NCBI GenBank assembly: GCA_012270995.1
Contig: JAAXHG010000117.1
Span: 5,636-69,635, forward strand
Source: Vicinamibacteraceae bacterium
Lineage (GTDB): Bacteria; Acidobacteriota; Thermoanaerobaculia; Multivoradales; Multivoraceae
Reading direction: 5' to 3'
DNA: 64,000 nt
Part shown: positions 46,213-55,970 of the stretch, in pieces
How the letters are laid out: each line of letters opens with the position of its first letter
Numbering within the stretch: the first letter of the stretch is position 1
Translations under genes and position numbers: made by a program
The notes under the pieces: model-generated
Told to the model about the DNA's origin: nothing
Database searches by the model: none
What the model saw: only the letters and a program-made list of their open reading frames with translations

Positions 46213-46378
46213 TGCGTTCGATGTGTGCTCGGACTCTTTCTTCGGTGATCCTCGTCACGTTGAAGAATCGGGCTGCGAAGCGGCACTCTAGCAGCGTTCG
46301 CAGCGTGGCCGCCGCGCTGACGCGAAGACAACAGCGTGTTGTTCAGCGGAAGCCCTCGATGCGGCCTACAATCACGCG

Positions 46379-49300
46379 ATGCGGAACGCGACGGGTGAGC
46401 AACTCTCCTTGCTCATGGACGAGCCGGAAGCCGTGTTCCGCGTCCACGCTTCGAACCGCCTGGAGACGCTGGCGGAGCGGCTGGCCGATGCGATGCGCCG
46501 GGCGCCCGCGGAACCGCTTGAGCCGGAGCGCATCGTCGTGCCGGATCCGCTGCTCGGGCAGTGGCTTCGACTCGAACTGGCCACGCAACTGGGCGTCGCC
46601 GCTCACCTGCGGGTCCAGCTGCCGGCGGAGTTCGCCTGGGCCGCGATGCGCGAGGAAGTGAAGACCCTGACGGGCGACTCGGTGTACGGGCCGCCCTTCC
46701 TGCGCTGGCGGATCTTCGACCAGCTCGGGAGCTGGGCGGGCGACGACGAGATCGCCTGCTACCTGGAGGACGGAGACCCGCGCAAGCGCTTCGAGCTTGC
46801 CGACCGGCTCGCCGTCGCCTTCGACCGTTGCCGCGTGTACCGGCCGGGGAGCATCCGCGCCTGGCAGCGAGGGGCCGCGGAGGGCTGGCACGCGCGGTTG
46901 TGGGCGGAACTCGCCGCGGCCGACACCGAGCCGCGGCACTGGGTAGACGCCATCGACCACTACCGGGAAGCGCTCGAATCGCGCGCGGCGGCGATGCCGA
47001 AGCAACGCGTCGGCTTCTTCCATGTGGCCGAGATGTCGCCCACCTACGTCGAGGCGCTGCGCCTCGCCGCGTCAGTGATGGAGGTCGACCTGTACGTCCT
47101 GAGCCCGAGTCGGACCTTCTGGACCGGCCCGGCCACTTCATCGGAACGCGGCGCGCTCGAACCCGCCGCGCCGGCCGCACACGCCGAGAACGCGGGACCC
47201 GCCCGGGACGCAGCGCCGGCCGGCCGCGCCGAGGACGCCGGAGAACCGAACGAACTGCTGGACGCCTGGGGCCGGTCGGCGAGAGACCTGCGCGACCAGC
47301 TCCTTGACGAGCCGGACGCCGTCGTCGTCGCCAGCGGTCCGCGGGAAGCCGACATGCCGCGCGCCGCCACCTGCCTCGCCGCCGTGCAGCGCGACGTTCT
47401 CGGCGTCGCCCCGGATGCCCGCGACAGCCTCGCCGAACGTGTCGGTCCGGACGACTCGCTTCAGGTCCACGTTTGCCATTCGCCCACCCGCGAAGTCGAG
47501 ATCCTGCACGACCGCCTGCTCGGCATCTTCGACGGCGACGAAGACATTCAACCCGCGGACGTTCTGGTGCTCACGCCGGACATCGACACCTACGGCCCGC
47601 TGATCGAGGCCGTGTTCGGCGCCGACGGCCGCATCGGCTTCAGCATCGGCGCGAGGCGGCTCAAGGAAGGCGCCGCCATGACCGCCTTCCTCGACCTGCT
47701 GGCCTTGCCCGGCTCTCGCTACACGGCAAGCGACCTGCTGGCGCCGCTGCTCGCCGAGTCCGTGCGCCGCCGCTTCGGCATCTCCGACACGGACCTCGCG
47801 ACGCTCCGCGGCGCCGTCGCCCGTTCCCGGATCCGCTGGGGCACGGATAGCGAGCACCGCACCGACCTCGACGTTCCCGCTTCCGGGAACCACAACTGGC
47901 GCCGGGGCCTCGACCGGCTGGTGCTCGGCTACGCGCTCGACGAAGGCGACGTGCTGGCCGGCGGCATCAACCCCTGCGCGCTCGACGACCGGGGCTTCCA
48001 CGACGGCGCCGCCGACTACGAGTTGCTCGGCCGCTTCCACCGCTACTGCGAGCTCGCCGTCGGGCTGGGCGGCTGGATGACGGCGGAACAGGAGGCCGCC
48101 GGCTGGACGAACCGTCTGCGAAGCAACGTCCTGGACGGGTTCTTTGACGCCGGCATCGGCGCCGGCTCGGAAGCCGCCCGGGAGGTGCGCACGGTGTCCC
48201 GGCTGATCGAGGACTTCGACGACCAGTGCCGGCAGGCCGGAAACACCGGTCCCATCCCGTTTCCGGTGCTGCGCGAGGCGTTGAACGACCTCGCCGCGCA
48301 GTCCGTCCGGTCGGCGCCCCGGCTCGCGGACGGCATCGCGGTCGCGTCGCTGGCCTCGGGGCAAATCTTCCCGGCGAAGGTGATCTGCACGGTCGGCATG
48401 AACGACCGCTCCTTCCCTCGCCGCTCCCCGCCGGACGTCTTCGACTTCGAGGCAGAACTGTTCGACCGGGAGCAGCCGAAGCCAGGCGACCCGGACCGCC
48501 GCAACGGCGACCGCTTCGCCTTCCTGGAGGCCCTGCTCGCCGCCCGGAACTGCTTCGTCGTCACCTGCACCGGCAGGGACCTGCAAGAGGACAAGGCGAT
48601 TCCGCCGTCGGTCCTGGTCAGCGAACTCCTGGACTACCTGACGGAGCGGTTCCCCGCCTCCGAATCCGAACCGCGGGACAACACCCTGAGCGCCACGATG
48701 CAAGGCGCTTCGGCCGAGCGCTCCCCCGCCCCGGAAGCCGAACCGCGCGACCGATGGCGAACGGAGCATCCGCTCCAGCCCTTCAGCCGCCGCTACTTCG
48801 CCATCGACGGTGCAAGCGAGCGCGGCCCGGAGGTGGCGAGCCCGTCGGCAGAGCGGAAGCTGTTCAGCTTCTCGCAGCCGATGCTCCAGGCCGCGAAAGC
48901 CCTTCGGTCGCGCGGCGAGACGCCGCGCCGCTTCGACGGCGAACTGGCGGCCGAGCCGGATGAGTCGGACGATGGCGCGCCGCTGGAACTCGAACTGGAG
49001 GACCTGATCCGCTTCTCCGAGAGTCCGTCGAAGGACTTCCTGCGAAACCGGCTCGGCATGGCGCTCAGCACCCGCGAGGACGAGGTGGAGAACGACGAGC
49101 CGCTCGACCTGAACGCGCTCGAGGTCTGGCGGCTGAAGAGCGACCTGACCGGCAAGGACGATCTCGACGACGAAGCGACGCTCCAGCTCGCGGCGGCCCG
49201 CGGCCTGCTGCCGGCGCGGAACCTGGGGCGCATCGAGCATCGAAAGTCCGCGGCGCAGGTGGCGGAGCTCGACAATGAACTCCAGCGCTTCGACGCCCAT

Positions 49301-49849
49301 CGCCAGGCGCGGGTGCAGGGCGTCGAGGTCGGTCTCGAAGGCGGCCGGCTGATCGGCGCGGTCGAGCAGTTCGACCCGGCGAGCAACGAACTCCTCTTCT
49401 GGCGCATCGGGAGCGTGCGGCCGAAGGACCGGATCGCGACCTGGCTCCGGCTGCTCGCAGTGATCGGCAGTCGGAACGAGGCAGCCAACGCACACCTGCT
49501 GGGCTGCGGCAGGGATCTGGAGAAGGTCGTCGTCAAGGGCCCGGACCCAGAGACGGCACGATCGCTGCTGGTCGACTGGACCGCTGTCTGGCGGGAGAGC
49601 CGACGGCGGCCCCTGCCTTTCTTCGCCAGGACATCCTGGGAGTGGCTGGAAAAGCAGGCCTGGAACGACAAGGTCGAGCGCGCGTGGTCGGGACGGAGCT
49701 TCAGCGAGGGCAACACCGCCTCCCACCAGCTCATCTTCGGCGGCGAGGCGGAGTGCGCCGACGATGACGCCGGTGCGGCGCTCGACCAGGGTCAGTTCGA
49801 GGACCTCGCCCGCCGCCTGCTGGGTCCGCTGAAGGAGGCCAGCTCGTGA
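46379..49849 (+). CDS. recC: exodeoxyribonuclease V gamma subunit
   Basis: 1156 aa, ..FRVHASNRLETLAERLADAM...IVVPDPLLGQWLRLELATQLGVAAHLRVQLPAEFAW. A start at MDEPEAV (46415) is also possible. Confidence 0.9.
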   Translation: MRNATGEQLSLLMDEPEAVFRVHASNRLETLAERLADAMRRAPAEPLEPERIVVPDPLLGQWLRLELATQLGVAAHLRVQLPAEFAWAAMREEVKTLTGDSVYGPPFLRWRIFDQLGSWAGDDEIACYLEDGDPRKRFELADRLAVAFDRCRVYRPGSIRAWQRGAAEGWHARLWAELAAADTEPRHWVDAIDHYREALESRAAAMPKQRVGFFHVAEMSPTYVEALRLAASVMEVDLYVLSPSRTFWTGPATSSERGALEPAAPAAHAENAGPARDAAPAGRAEDAGEPNELLDAWGRSARDLRDQLLDEPDAVVVASGPREADMPRAATCLAAVQRDVLGVAPDARDSLAERVGPDDSLQVHVCHSPTREVEILHDRLLGIFDGDEDIQPADVLVLTPDIDTYGPLIEAVFGADGRIGFSIGARRLKEGAAMTAFLDLLALPGSRYTASDLLAPLLAESVRRRFGISDTDLATLRGAVARSRIRWGTDSEHRTDLDVPASGNHNWRRGLDRLVLGYALDEGDVLAGGINPCALDDRGFHDGAADYELLGRFHRYCELAVGLGGWMTAEQEAAGWTNRLRSNVLDGFFDAGIGAGSEAAREVRTVSRLIEDFDDQCRQAGNTGPIPFPVLREALNDLAAQSVRSAPRLADGIAVASLASGQIFPAKVICTVGMNDRSFPRRSPPDVFDFEAELFDREQPKPGDPDRRNGDRFAFLEALLAARNCFVVTCTGRDLQEDKAIPPSVLVSELLDYLTERFPASESEPRDNTLSATMQGASAERSPAPEAEPRDRWRTEHPLQPFSRRYFAIDGASERGPEVASPSAERKLFSFSQPMLQAAKALRSRGETPRRFDGELAAEPDESDDGAPLELELEDLIRFSESPSKDFLRNRLGMALSTREDEVENDEPLDLNALEVWRLKSDLTGKDDLDDEATLQLAAARGLLPARNLGRIEHRKSAAQVAELDNELQRFDAHRQARVQGVEVGLEGGRLIGAVEQFDPASNELLFWRIGSVRPKDRIATWLRLLAVIGSRNEAANAHLLGCGRDLEKVVVKGPDPETARSLLVDWTAVWRESRRRPLPFFARTSWEWLEKQAWNDKVERAWSGRSFSEGNTASHQLIFGGEAECADDDAGAALDQGQFEDLARRLLGPLKEASS

Positions 49850-49919
49850 CCGCGGCCTGCGCAGAGGGGCTCGACGGCGGAACCGCCGCGCGACTCGGGG
49901 CGTCCGGGAAGGCCGACTC

Positions 49920-52900
49920 GTGAAAGCCGCCGGCGCACGCGGCGACGCGTTCCAGGCGCCTCTCGACGCCGACCTCTTGATCGAGGCCAGCGCCGGCACC
50001 GGCAAGACGTACGCCCTGACCACCCTGGTCGCCCGACTGATCGTCGAGGAGGACCGCGGCATCGACGAACTCCTCGTCGTCACCTTCACGGTGGCGGCCG
50101 CCGGCGAGCTGCGAGCGCGGATCCGGGGCACGCTCCACACCGCCCGCCGTGCCGCCTCCGGAACCGACGCGCGAAGCGGGGACGACGACCAGGCGGCCCG
50201 GCTCCGACAGTCATGGCGGCGAGCCGACGTCAAGGACGAGCAAGCGCGCGAACGGCTCGTCCGGGCCCTTCGCGACATCGACCGGGCGACGATCACGACG
50301 ATCCACGGCTTCTGCCAGCAGGCGTTGGGGGAGTTCGCCCTCCCCGCCGGCATTCCGTTCTCGTTCGAGGTCAGCGGCGACGACGCGCTGGCCGTGGGCG
50401 ACGGGGTCCGCGACTTCTGGAGGCGCCGGATGGTCGGCGAATCGATCGCGCTGCTCGAGTACGCCAAGTCGAAGAGCTTCGTTCCCGGCGAGCCGACGAC
50501 GCCCTGGACGGAGAGGACGACGGAATGGGTCGCGCGCCAACACGCCAGGCCGCAGGAGATCCGCGGCGTTCCGGGGAATCTGGAAGAGGACCTGCGCACG
50601 AAGAAGGAGGAGTGGACCGGAGCGCTCCGCGCAGTCGAGCAAGCCTGGGCGGCGGGCGGTCGGAGCGCCCTTCTGAAGGTGGTCCACCAGCACTCGTGGA
50701 GGAAGGGCAAACGGCCCGACCAGGACATCGCGGCTCTCGTCTCCGCCCTGGATTCCGGCGCCGCCGAGGATCTGGCGCCGGACTTCGTGGGCCGGTTCGG
50801 CCACAAGAAGCTGACCCCCCGGCTCTTCAAGAACGACCCGCCCCCGGACGACGCTCACATCTTCGACATCTTCCAACTCGTCGGCGACCGGTGGGAGGCC
50901 TACGCGCAGACCTGGCTGGCCGGACAGCGCCGCCGGCTTCTCGAAGGCGTCAGGAACACCTTTCACCACAACGCCTGGGCCGACCGGCGTCTGGGCTTCG
51001 ACGCCCTGCTGGTGGAGCTTCACCGCGCGCTCGACGGCGAACGGGGTCCGGAACTTGCGCGACGGATTCGCAGCCGCTATCCCATCGGACTGATCGACGA
51101 GTTCCAGGACACGGACCGCCTCCAGGCCGAGATCTTCAGCAGGATCTACCTGGGCGGCCACAAACCGAGCGACGTCGGTTCCGGGGACGGAAGAGCGGGC
51201 GAGGGCAACTCGGACAACGGCAACCCGAGTGACGGCAGTCTGCGCGGCGACCCCGCAAGCGGACGGCTGTTCGTCGTCGGCGACCCGAAGCAGTCGATCT
51301 ACCGCTTCCGCGGCGCCGACGTGTTCGCGTACCTGGAGACCCAGGACCGGCTCAGCGCCTCGCGGGCGCCCCTCCGCCTGGAACACAACTACCGCTCGAC
51401 GCCGGGGCTGATTCGCGCCGTGGGCGAGCTGTTTTCCCGCCCAACGCCGTTCGTGCTGCCGGCGTTCACGTTCGAACCCTCGAAGCCCGCTCCACGCGAG
51501 CACGCCGGGCTCGACGTCGACGGGGAGGGCGATTCCGCGCCATTCCAGTTCGTCCTGATTCCGAAGCGCCCTGCCGAGAAACGCAACAAATCGGACCTGA
51601 CCAGGCTGGCGGCCCGGCAGGCGGCGAGCGAGATCGCCCGGCTGATCGCGCTGGGGGCGGAAGGCGGAGCGGCGCTGGTTCCCGCCGACAAGGGCAGCAG
51701 GGAACGCCTCGCCGGCCGCCACATCGCCGTGCTGGTCCGTACCGGCGCCCAGGGCAAGGCCGTCGCCGAGGCGCTTCGAAGTCTCGAGATCGGCAGCGTC
51801 GAACTCGGCACCGACAGCATCTTCGACTCGGCGGAGGCCGACGCGCTCCACCGCCTTCTCCGCGCCCTGTGCCTGGACGGGTCGGAGTACAACGCGGCGT
51901 CTCTGCTCCGAGGCGCCCTCGCGGCCGACCTGTTCGGCCTGGACATGCGGGAGCTGGCCGGGCTCCGGGACGACGACGACGCGTGGGACCATTGGCGGGG
52001 GCTCGCGCGGGAGTGGGCGGACGTCTGGCAACAGCAGGGGATCGCCACGCTCATGCGGCGCATCCTGTTCGGCGGCGAGCCCGACTGTTCGGCCAACCTC
52101 CTGCGCTACCCGGACGGCCCGCGCCGGCTGACGAACTACCTCCACCTGAGCGACCTGCTGCACGAGGCGGAGATCCGGCGCCGACCCTCCCGCCACGGCC
52201 TGGTGGACTGGTTCCGCCAGTCGAGAGCGGACTCCCGGACGAGCGACGAGACGGCACAGCTTCGGCTGGACAGCGACGAAGACCTGGTGAAGATCGTCAC
52301 CGTCCACCGCGCCAAGGGGCTCGAGTTTCCGATCGTCTTCTACCCCTTCGCCTGGGACGGCCGCGAACCCAAGAAAGGACGGAACAGGAAGCCCACGGCC
52401 GAGTACTACGACCCGGACCGCAAGACGCCGGTGCTCGATCTCCGGCCGTCGGACGAGGCCTACGACCGTGAACGGGTCGAAGAGCACGCCGACGAACTGC
52501 GGCTGCTCTACGTCGCGCTGACCCGGGCGCGTTTCCGCAACGTCGTGACCTGGGCAGCCGAACAGCGGGCCGAGCACGCGCCGATGGCATGGCTCCTCCA
52601 CAATCGAACCCGGTCGGTCGTGGACGACCCCGCGCAGGCTCTGACCGACAACGCGAAACACGTGAAGAACCTCGAGCCGAGCGAGTGGCGCGAGGAAGTC
52701 CACGGGTTCGCCGCGCGGGCGCCGAGGCTCATCTCGATCCGCGAGATCGATGCGGAGGCGTCCCCGGCGCCGGCGGCCCCCGAGCCGGCCGACACCGACG
52801 AACTGGCGGTCCGCGAGCTCGGCCGCGAGCTGAAGCTCATCCGGCAGCGGACGAGCTACTCGGCTCTGTCGGCAGACGCGATCCCGCGCGTGCCAGCGCA

Positions 52901-53888
52901 CGACGCGGAGGGGTCGGCGCCCGCCGTCCCGGCGCCGCCGGCGAGCCCCCGCATGCCCGTGCGCGACCGCGACGAGGTCGACCTCGTCCAACCCGGCGAG
53001 ACGATCGCCGTCGAGGCGCCGGAGACGGAGGCATCGCCGGAGGAAGCGGGTCCGTCGATCTTCTCGCTCCCCGCCGGCGGCCGCACCGGAAGGTGTCTGC
53101 ACGAGATCTTCGAGCGGCTGCTCGGCAGTCCCGAACCGCCGGAGCTCGAAGAGGCCTGCGCGGACGCCCTGGCCCGACACGGCTTCGGCCAGCAGTGGCT
53201 GCCGGTCGCGCGGTCGCTCGTCGCCAACGCGCTCGACACACCACTCATGCGGCCCGGCGAGGCGGGCGGCGTCTTCCGGCTCTCCGACCTGGAGGCGGCG
53301 ATCGCCGAGATGGAGTTCCACCTGCCGCTTCCAGCCCTCGGGCGGCCGGAGCTCGGCCGTTGCCTGAAGGAGCACGGCTACAACCACCGGATTGCCCAGG
53401 ACGACGACGCAAGGATCGAGGGCTTCCTGCACGGTTTCATCGATCTCGCGGCCTGCCACGAAGGGCGCTGGTACGTCATCGACTACAAGTCGAACCGGTT
53501 GGGCCCCGATCTGTCCGCGTACTCGGACCGGGCGCTCGCGGATGCGATGCGGGAGCACGGCTACCATCTCCAGTACCTGCTGTACCTGACCGCCCTGCAC
53601 CGTCTGCTGCGGCTGCGGCTGCCGGACTACGACTACGATCGGCACATCGGCGGCGCGTTCTACCTCTTCCTGCGCGGCATGAGACCGAACGTTCCCGGCA
53701 GCGGCGTGTTCCGGGACCGGCCGACGCGCGACTGCATCGAGGCGCTCGATGCCTGCCTGGGCGGCAGCGAGGCCGAAGCAGCGCCCGACGACTTGGGCGG
53801 CGGCGGCGGAGCGACCGACGCGGCCCACAGCGGCCGGGGAAGCGGCGGAGTGAACCACGGAGCGCGCCGCGGAGCAGGCGCGCCGTGA
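49920..53888 (+). CDS. recB: exodeoxyribonuclease V beta subunit
   Basis: GTG start. Contains LIEASAGTGKTY, VGDPKQSIYRFRGAD and the nuclease motif GFIDLAACHEGRWYVIDYKSN. It is 1322 aa with low-complexity insertions. Confidence 0.9.
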   Translation: MKAAGARGDAFQAPLDADLLIEASAGTGKTYALTTLVARLIVEEDRGIDELLVVTFTVAAAGELRARIRGTLHTARRAASGTDARSGDDDQAARLRQSWRRADVKDEQARERLVRALRDIDRATITTIHGFCQQALGEFALPAGIPFSFEVSGDDALAVGDGVRDFWRRRMVGESIALLEYAKSKSFVPGEPTTPWTERTTEWVARQHARPQEIRGVPGNLEEDLRTKKEEWTGALRAVEQAWAAGGRSALLKVVHQHSWRKGKRPDQDIAALVSALDSGAAEDLAPDFVGRFGHKKLTPRLFKNDPPPDDAHIFDIFQLVGDRWEAYAQTWLAGQRRRLLEGVRNTFHHNAWADRRLGFDALLVELHRALDGERGPELARRIRSRYPIGLIDEFQDTDRLQAEIFSRIYLGGHKPSDVGSGDGRAGEGNSDNGNPSDGSLRGDPASGRLFVVGDPKQSIYRFRGADVFAYLETQDRLSASRAPLRLEHNYRSTPGLIRAVGELFSRPTPFVLPAFTFEPSKPAPREHAGLDVDGEGDSAPFQFVLIPKRPAEKRNKSDLTRLAARQAASEIARLIALGAEGGAALVPADKGSRERLAGRHIAVLVRTGAQGKAVAEALRSLEIGSVELGTDSIFDSAEADALHRLLRALCLDGSEYNAASLLRGALAADLFGLDMRELAGLRDDDDAWDHWRGLAREWADVWQQQGIATLMRRILFGGEPDCSANLLRYPDGPRRLTNYLHLSDLLHEAEIRRRPSRHGLVDWFRQSRADSRTSDETAQLRLDSDEDLVKIVTVHRAKGLEFPIVFYPFAWDGREPKKGRNRKPTAEYYDPDRKTPVLDLRPSDEAYDRERVEEHADELRLLYVALTRARFRNVVTWAAEQRAEHAPMAWLLHNRTRSVVDDPAQALTDNAKHVKNLEPSEWREEVHGFAARAPRLISIREIDAEASPAPAAPEPADTDELAVRELGRELKLIRQRTSYSALSADAIPRVPAHDAEGSAPAVPAPPASPRMPVRDRDEVDLVQPGETIAVEAPETEASPEEAGPSIFSLPAGGRTGRCLHEIFERLLGSPEPPELEEACADALARHGFGQQWLPVARSLVANALDTPLMRPGEAGGVFRLSDLEAAIAEMEFHLPLPALGRPELGRCLKEHGYNHRIAQDDDARIEGFLHGFIDLAACHEGRWYVIDYKSNRLGPDLSAYSDRALADAMREHGYHLQYLLYLTALHRLLRLRLPDYDYDRHIGGAFYLFLRGMRPNVPGSGVFRDRPTRDCIEALDACLGGSEAEAAPDDLGGGGGATDAAHSGRGSGGVNHGARRGAGAP

Positions 53889-55645
53889 GGCGACACGCCC
53901 AAATCCAGGCGCTGACCGAAGCCGGCGTCCTGGCGGAGATCGACCGCTGCTTCGCCCTGCTGCTGATGGACCTGGGCGCCGGCGAGGACGCGGCGCTGGC
54001 AGCCGCCGTCACCAGCGCGGTGCACCGGAGCGGGCACGCCTGCCTCGACCTGCGGCACGCGAGCCGCCCGATCGCCGAGCTGGTGGAGCAACCGGAAGCG
54101 GGACTCGCAAGCGACGCGCCGGACCCGGAGGTACTGGAGATCGGATTGCCCGGGCGAGACGTCCTGATCGAAGGGCTGCTGGAAAGCCCCGTCGTCGCCG
54201 CCGGGGAACGTCCCGACCCCGAGCGGCCTCTCGTCCTCGACCGCGACCGCCTCTACCTGCACCGCCTGTACGACGCAGAGCGCCGGCTCGCCGAGCGGCT
54301 GGTCGCGCTGGCGACGGACGCCGAGCCGATCCCCGGCATCGAACTGGCGATCGACCGGATGTTCGACGAGTCGGAAGATCGGACCCCGGAAGCAGTCGTC
54401 GCGCTCCGCACAGCGCTCGAACGCCGGCTGTGCATCGTCACCGGCGGCCCCGGCACCGGCAAGACGACTCTCGCGGCCAAGCTGATCGCCATCCTGGTGG
54501 CCGAGGGCGTCGCCGACCCGCGCCGCATTGGCCTGGCGGCGCCGACGGGCAAGGCGGCCTCGCGCATTCAGGAGTCGGTGCGCGGGAAGCTTGGCCAGCC
54601 GCCGCTTGACGATGTGGCGGGAATCCGCGACTTCCCAGCCGAGGCCTGGACGATCCATCGGCTGCTGGCGAGCCGGACCAGCCGCCTGAGCCGCCTCGAC
54701 GCGCTGGTCGTCGACGAGTGCTCGATGGCCGACCTGCGCCTGATGGATCGCCTTGCCGCGGCCCTGCCGCGGCGGTGCCGGCTGATCCTCCTGGGCGACG
54801 CCAACCAGTTGTCTTCGGTGGAACCGGGCTCGGTCTTCAGCGACCTCTGCCGGGCCGGCGAAGCGGGGCCGCTGGCCCGTTCCGTGACGACTCTGAGGAA
54901 GAACTACCGGTTCGCCGAGCACTCGGACATTGGCCGTCTGGCGCGGGCCGTCGTCGCCGGCGACGCCGCCGACGCGGCCTCCGTTCTCCGCAGAGGGTCC
55001 GATGGGGAGACTTGTATGGAACCGCTCGTGGACGAGGACGCCTTCGACCGCTTCGTCGGCGAGTACGCGGCGGCCTGGGCCGATCACATGGCGGCGCTTG
55101 GGGCAAATCCCCAAACCGCCGCCCCGTTCCCTTCGCGGCGGGTGCTCTGCAGCCACCGGCGTGGGCCGTTCGGGACGGAGCGTTTCAACCGCCAAGTCGA
55201 ACGCCGTCTCGCTCGAATGGGCCGTCGGTCGCATCGCGACGAGTTCTACGTCGGGCGTCCGATCATCGTCAGCCGCAACGACCGGCAGACGAACCTCTCG
55301 AACGGCGACACCGGCGTCGTCGTACCCGGCGCCTCAGGGCGGCCCCAGGTCTGGTTCCCGGATCTCGACCGCGACGGCGAGCGCCACCTCGTCCCGCTCG
55401 CCCGCCTGCCGCAGCACGAGAGCTTCTTCGCTCTGACCGTCCACCGGGCCCAAGGCTCGGAGTACGACGACCTCGTCATCATTCCCGGCCCCGCGGAGTC
55501 GCGGGTGAACACGCGCGAGCTGTTCTATACGGCGGTGACGCGGGCGCGGGAGCGGGTGACCGTCATGGCGAACGAGGACGCGGTCCGCGCGGCCGTGTTG
55601 CGGACGACGTCGCGCTCCACCGGGTTGCTGGATCGGCTCCGCTAA
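53885..55645 (+). CDS. recD: exodeoxyribonuclease V alpha subunit
   Basis: GTG 53885 overlaps the recB stop (GTGA). Contains VTGGPGTGKTT and ALTVHRAQGSEYDDLVII. Confidence 0.9.
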   Translation: MRRHAQIQALTEAGVLAEIDRCFALLLMDLGAGEDAALAAAVTSAVHRSGHACLDLRHASRPIAELVEQPEAGLASDAPDPEVLEIGLPGRDVLIEGLLESPVVAAGERPDPERPLVLDRDRLYLHRLYDAERRLAERLVALATDAEPIPGIELAIDRMFDESEDRTPEAVVALRTALERRLCIVTGGPGTGKTTLAAKLIAILVAEGVADPRRIGLAAPTGKAASRIQESVRGKLGQPPLDDVAGIRDFPAEAWTIHRLLASRTSRLSRLDALVVDECSMADLRLMDRLAAALPRRCRLILLGDANQLSSVEPGSVFSDLCRAGEAGPLARSVTTLRKNYRFAEHSDIGRLARAVVAGDAADAASVLRRGSDGETCMEPLVDEDAFDRFVGEYAAAWADHMAALGANPQTAAPFPSRRVLCSHRRGPFGTERFNRQVERRLARMGRRSHRDEFYVGRPIIVSRNDRQTNLSNGDTGVVVPGASGRPQVWFPDLDRDGERHLVPLARLPQHESFFALTVHRAQGSEYDDLVIIPGPAESRVNTRELFYTAVTRARERVTVMANEDAVRAAVLRTTSRSTGLLDRLR

Positions 55646-55677
55646 GTGCTAAAGCTAAAGCTAAGGCTAAGGCTAAG
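55641..55677. repeat. hexanucleotide microsatellite (GCTAAR)5 plus one offset copy
   Basis: gctaag-t-gctaaa-gctaaa-gctaag-gctaag-gctaag. It begins on the recD stop codon and is AT-rich relative to its surroundings. Confidence 0.9.
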
Positions 55678-55907
55678 CCCGAACCCGCCGAGGCCGGGTT
55701 GTCGGTTCAGGCGAAGCGACTTGCGGCAGGAGCCGCTCACCCCGGGCGCGGTCACGGTGAGCGGCAGGCAAGGTGACGACGCGAAGCCGTATCAGGAAAA
55801 GCAGGTTCGACGCGCCGTCGAGGAGGTGAACAAGTGAGACCGAGCGACCGTTACCACAAGTGGATCGAATGGAGCGACCGGGACACGACTTCAGATCACA
55901 ACGACGA

Positions 55908-55939
55908 AACCCCGCCGCAGCCGAAGCCGGGACGGGGTT
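55908..55939 (-). terminator. candidate hairpin terminator after the cytochrome c/monooxygenase-like gene
   Basis: AACCCCG...CGGGGTT is a 7-bp outer stem. On the minus strand it is followed by TTCGTCGTT. It lies 32 nt after the stop at 55971. Confidence 0.3.
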
Positions 55940-55970
55940 GTCGATTCCGCGATGCGACCTGCCGACGGGG

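Noticed and set aside
47138-53858. Very long minus-strand ORFs (47138..50830, 1230 aa; 50211..53858, 1215 aa) opposite recC and recB.
   Set aside because: Same antisense artefact. The plus frames encode recognisable RecC and RecB signatures.
55646-55837. 63-aa ORF starting right after recD and reading the hexamer repeat as LKLKLRLRLS.
   Set aside because: The repeat-derived N-terminus, the absence of an RBS and the lack of any family resemblance argue against a gene. I treated it as a non-coding microsatellite.
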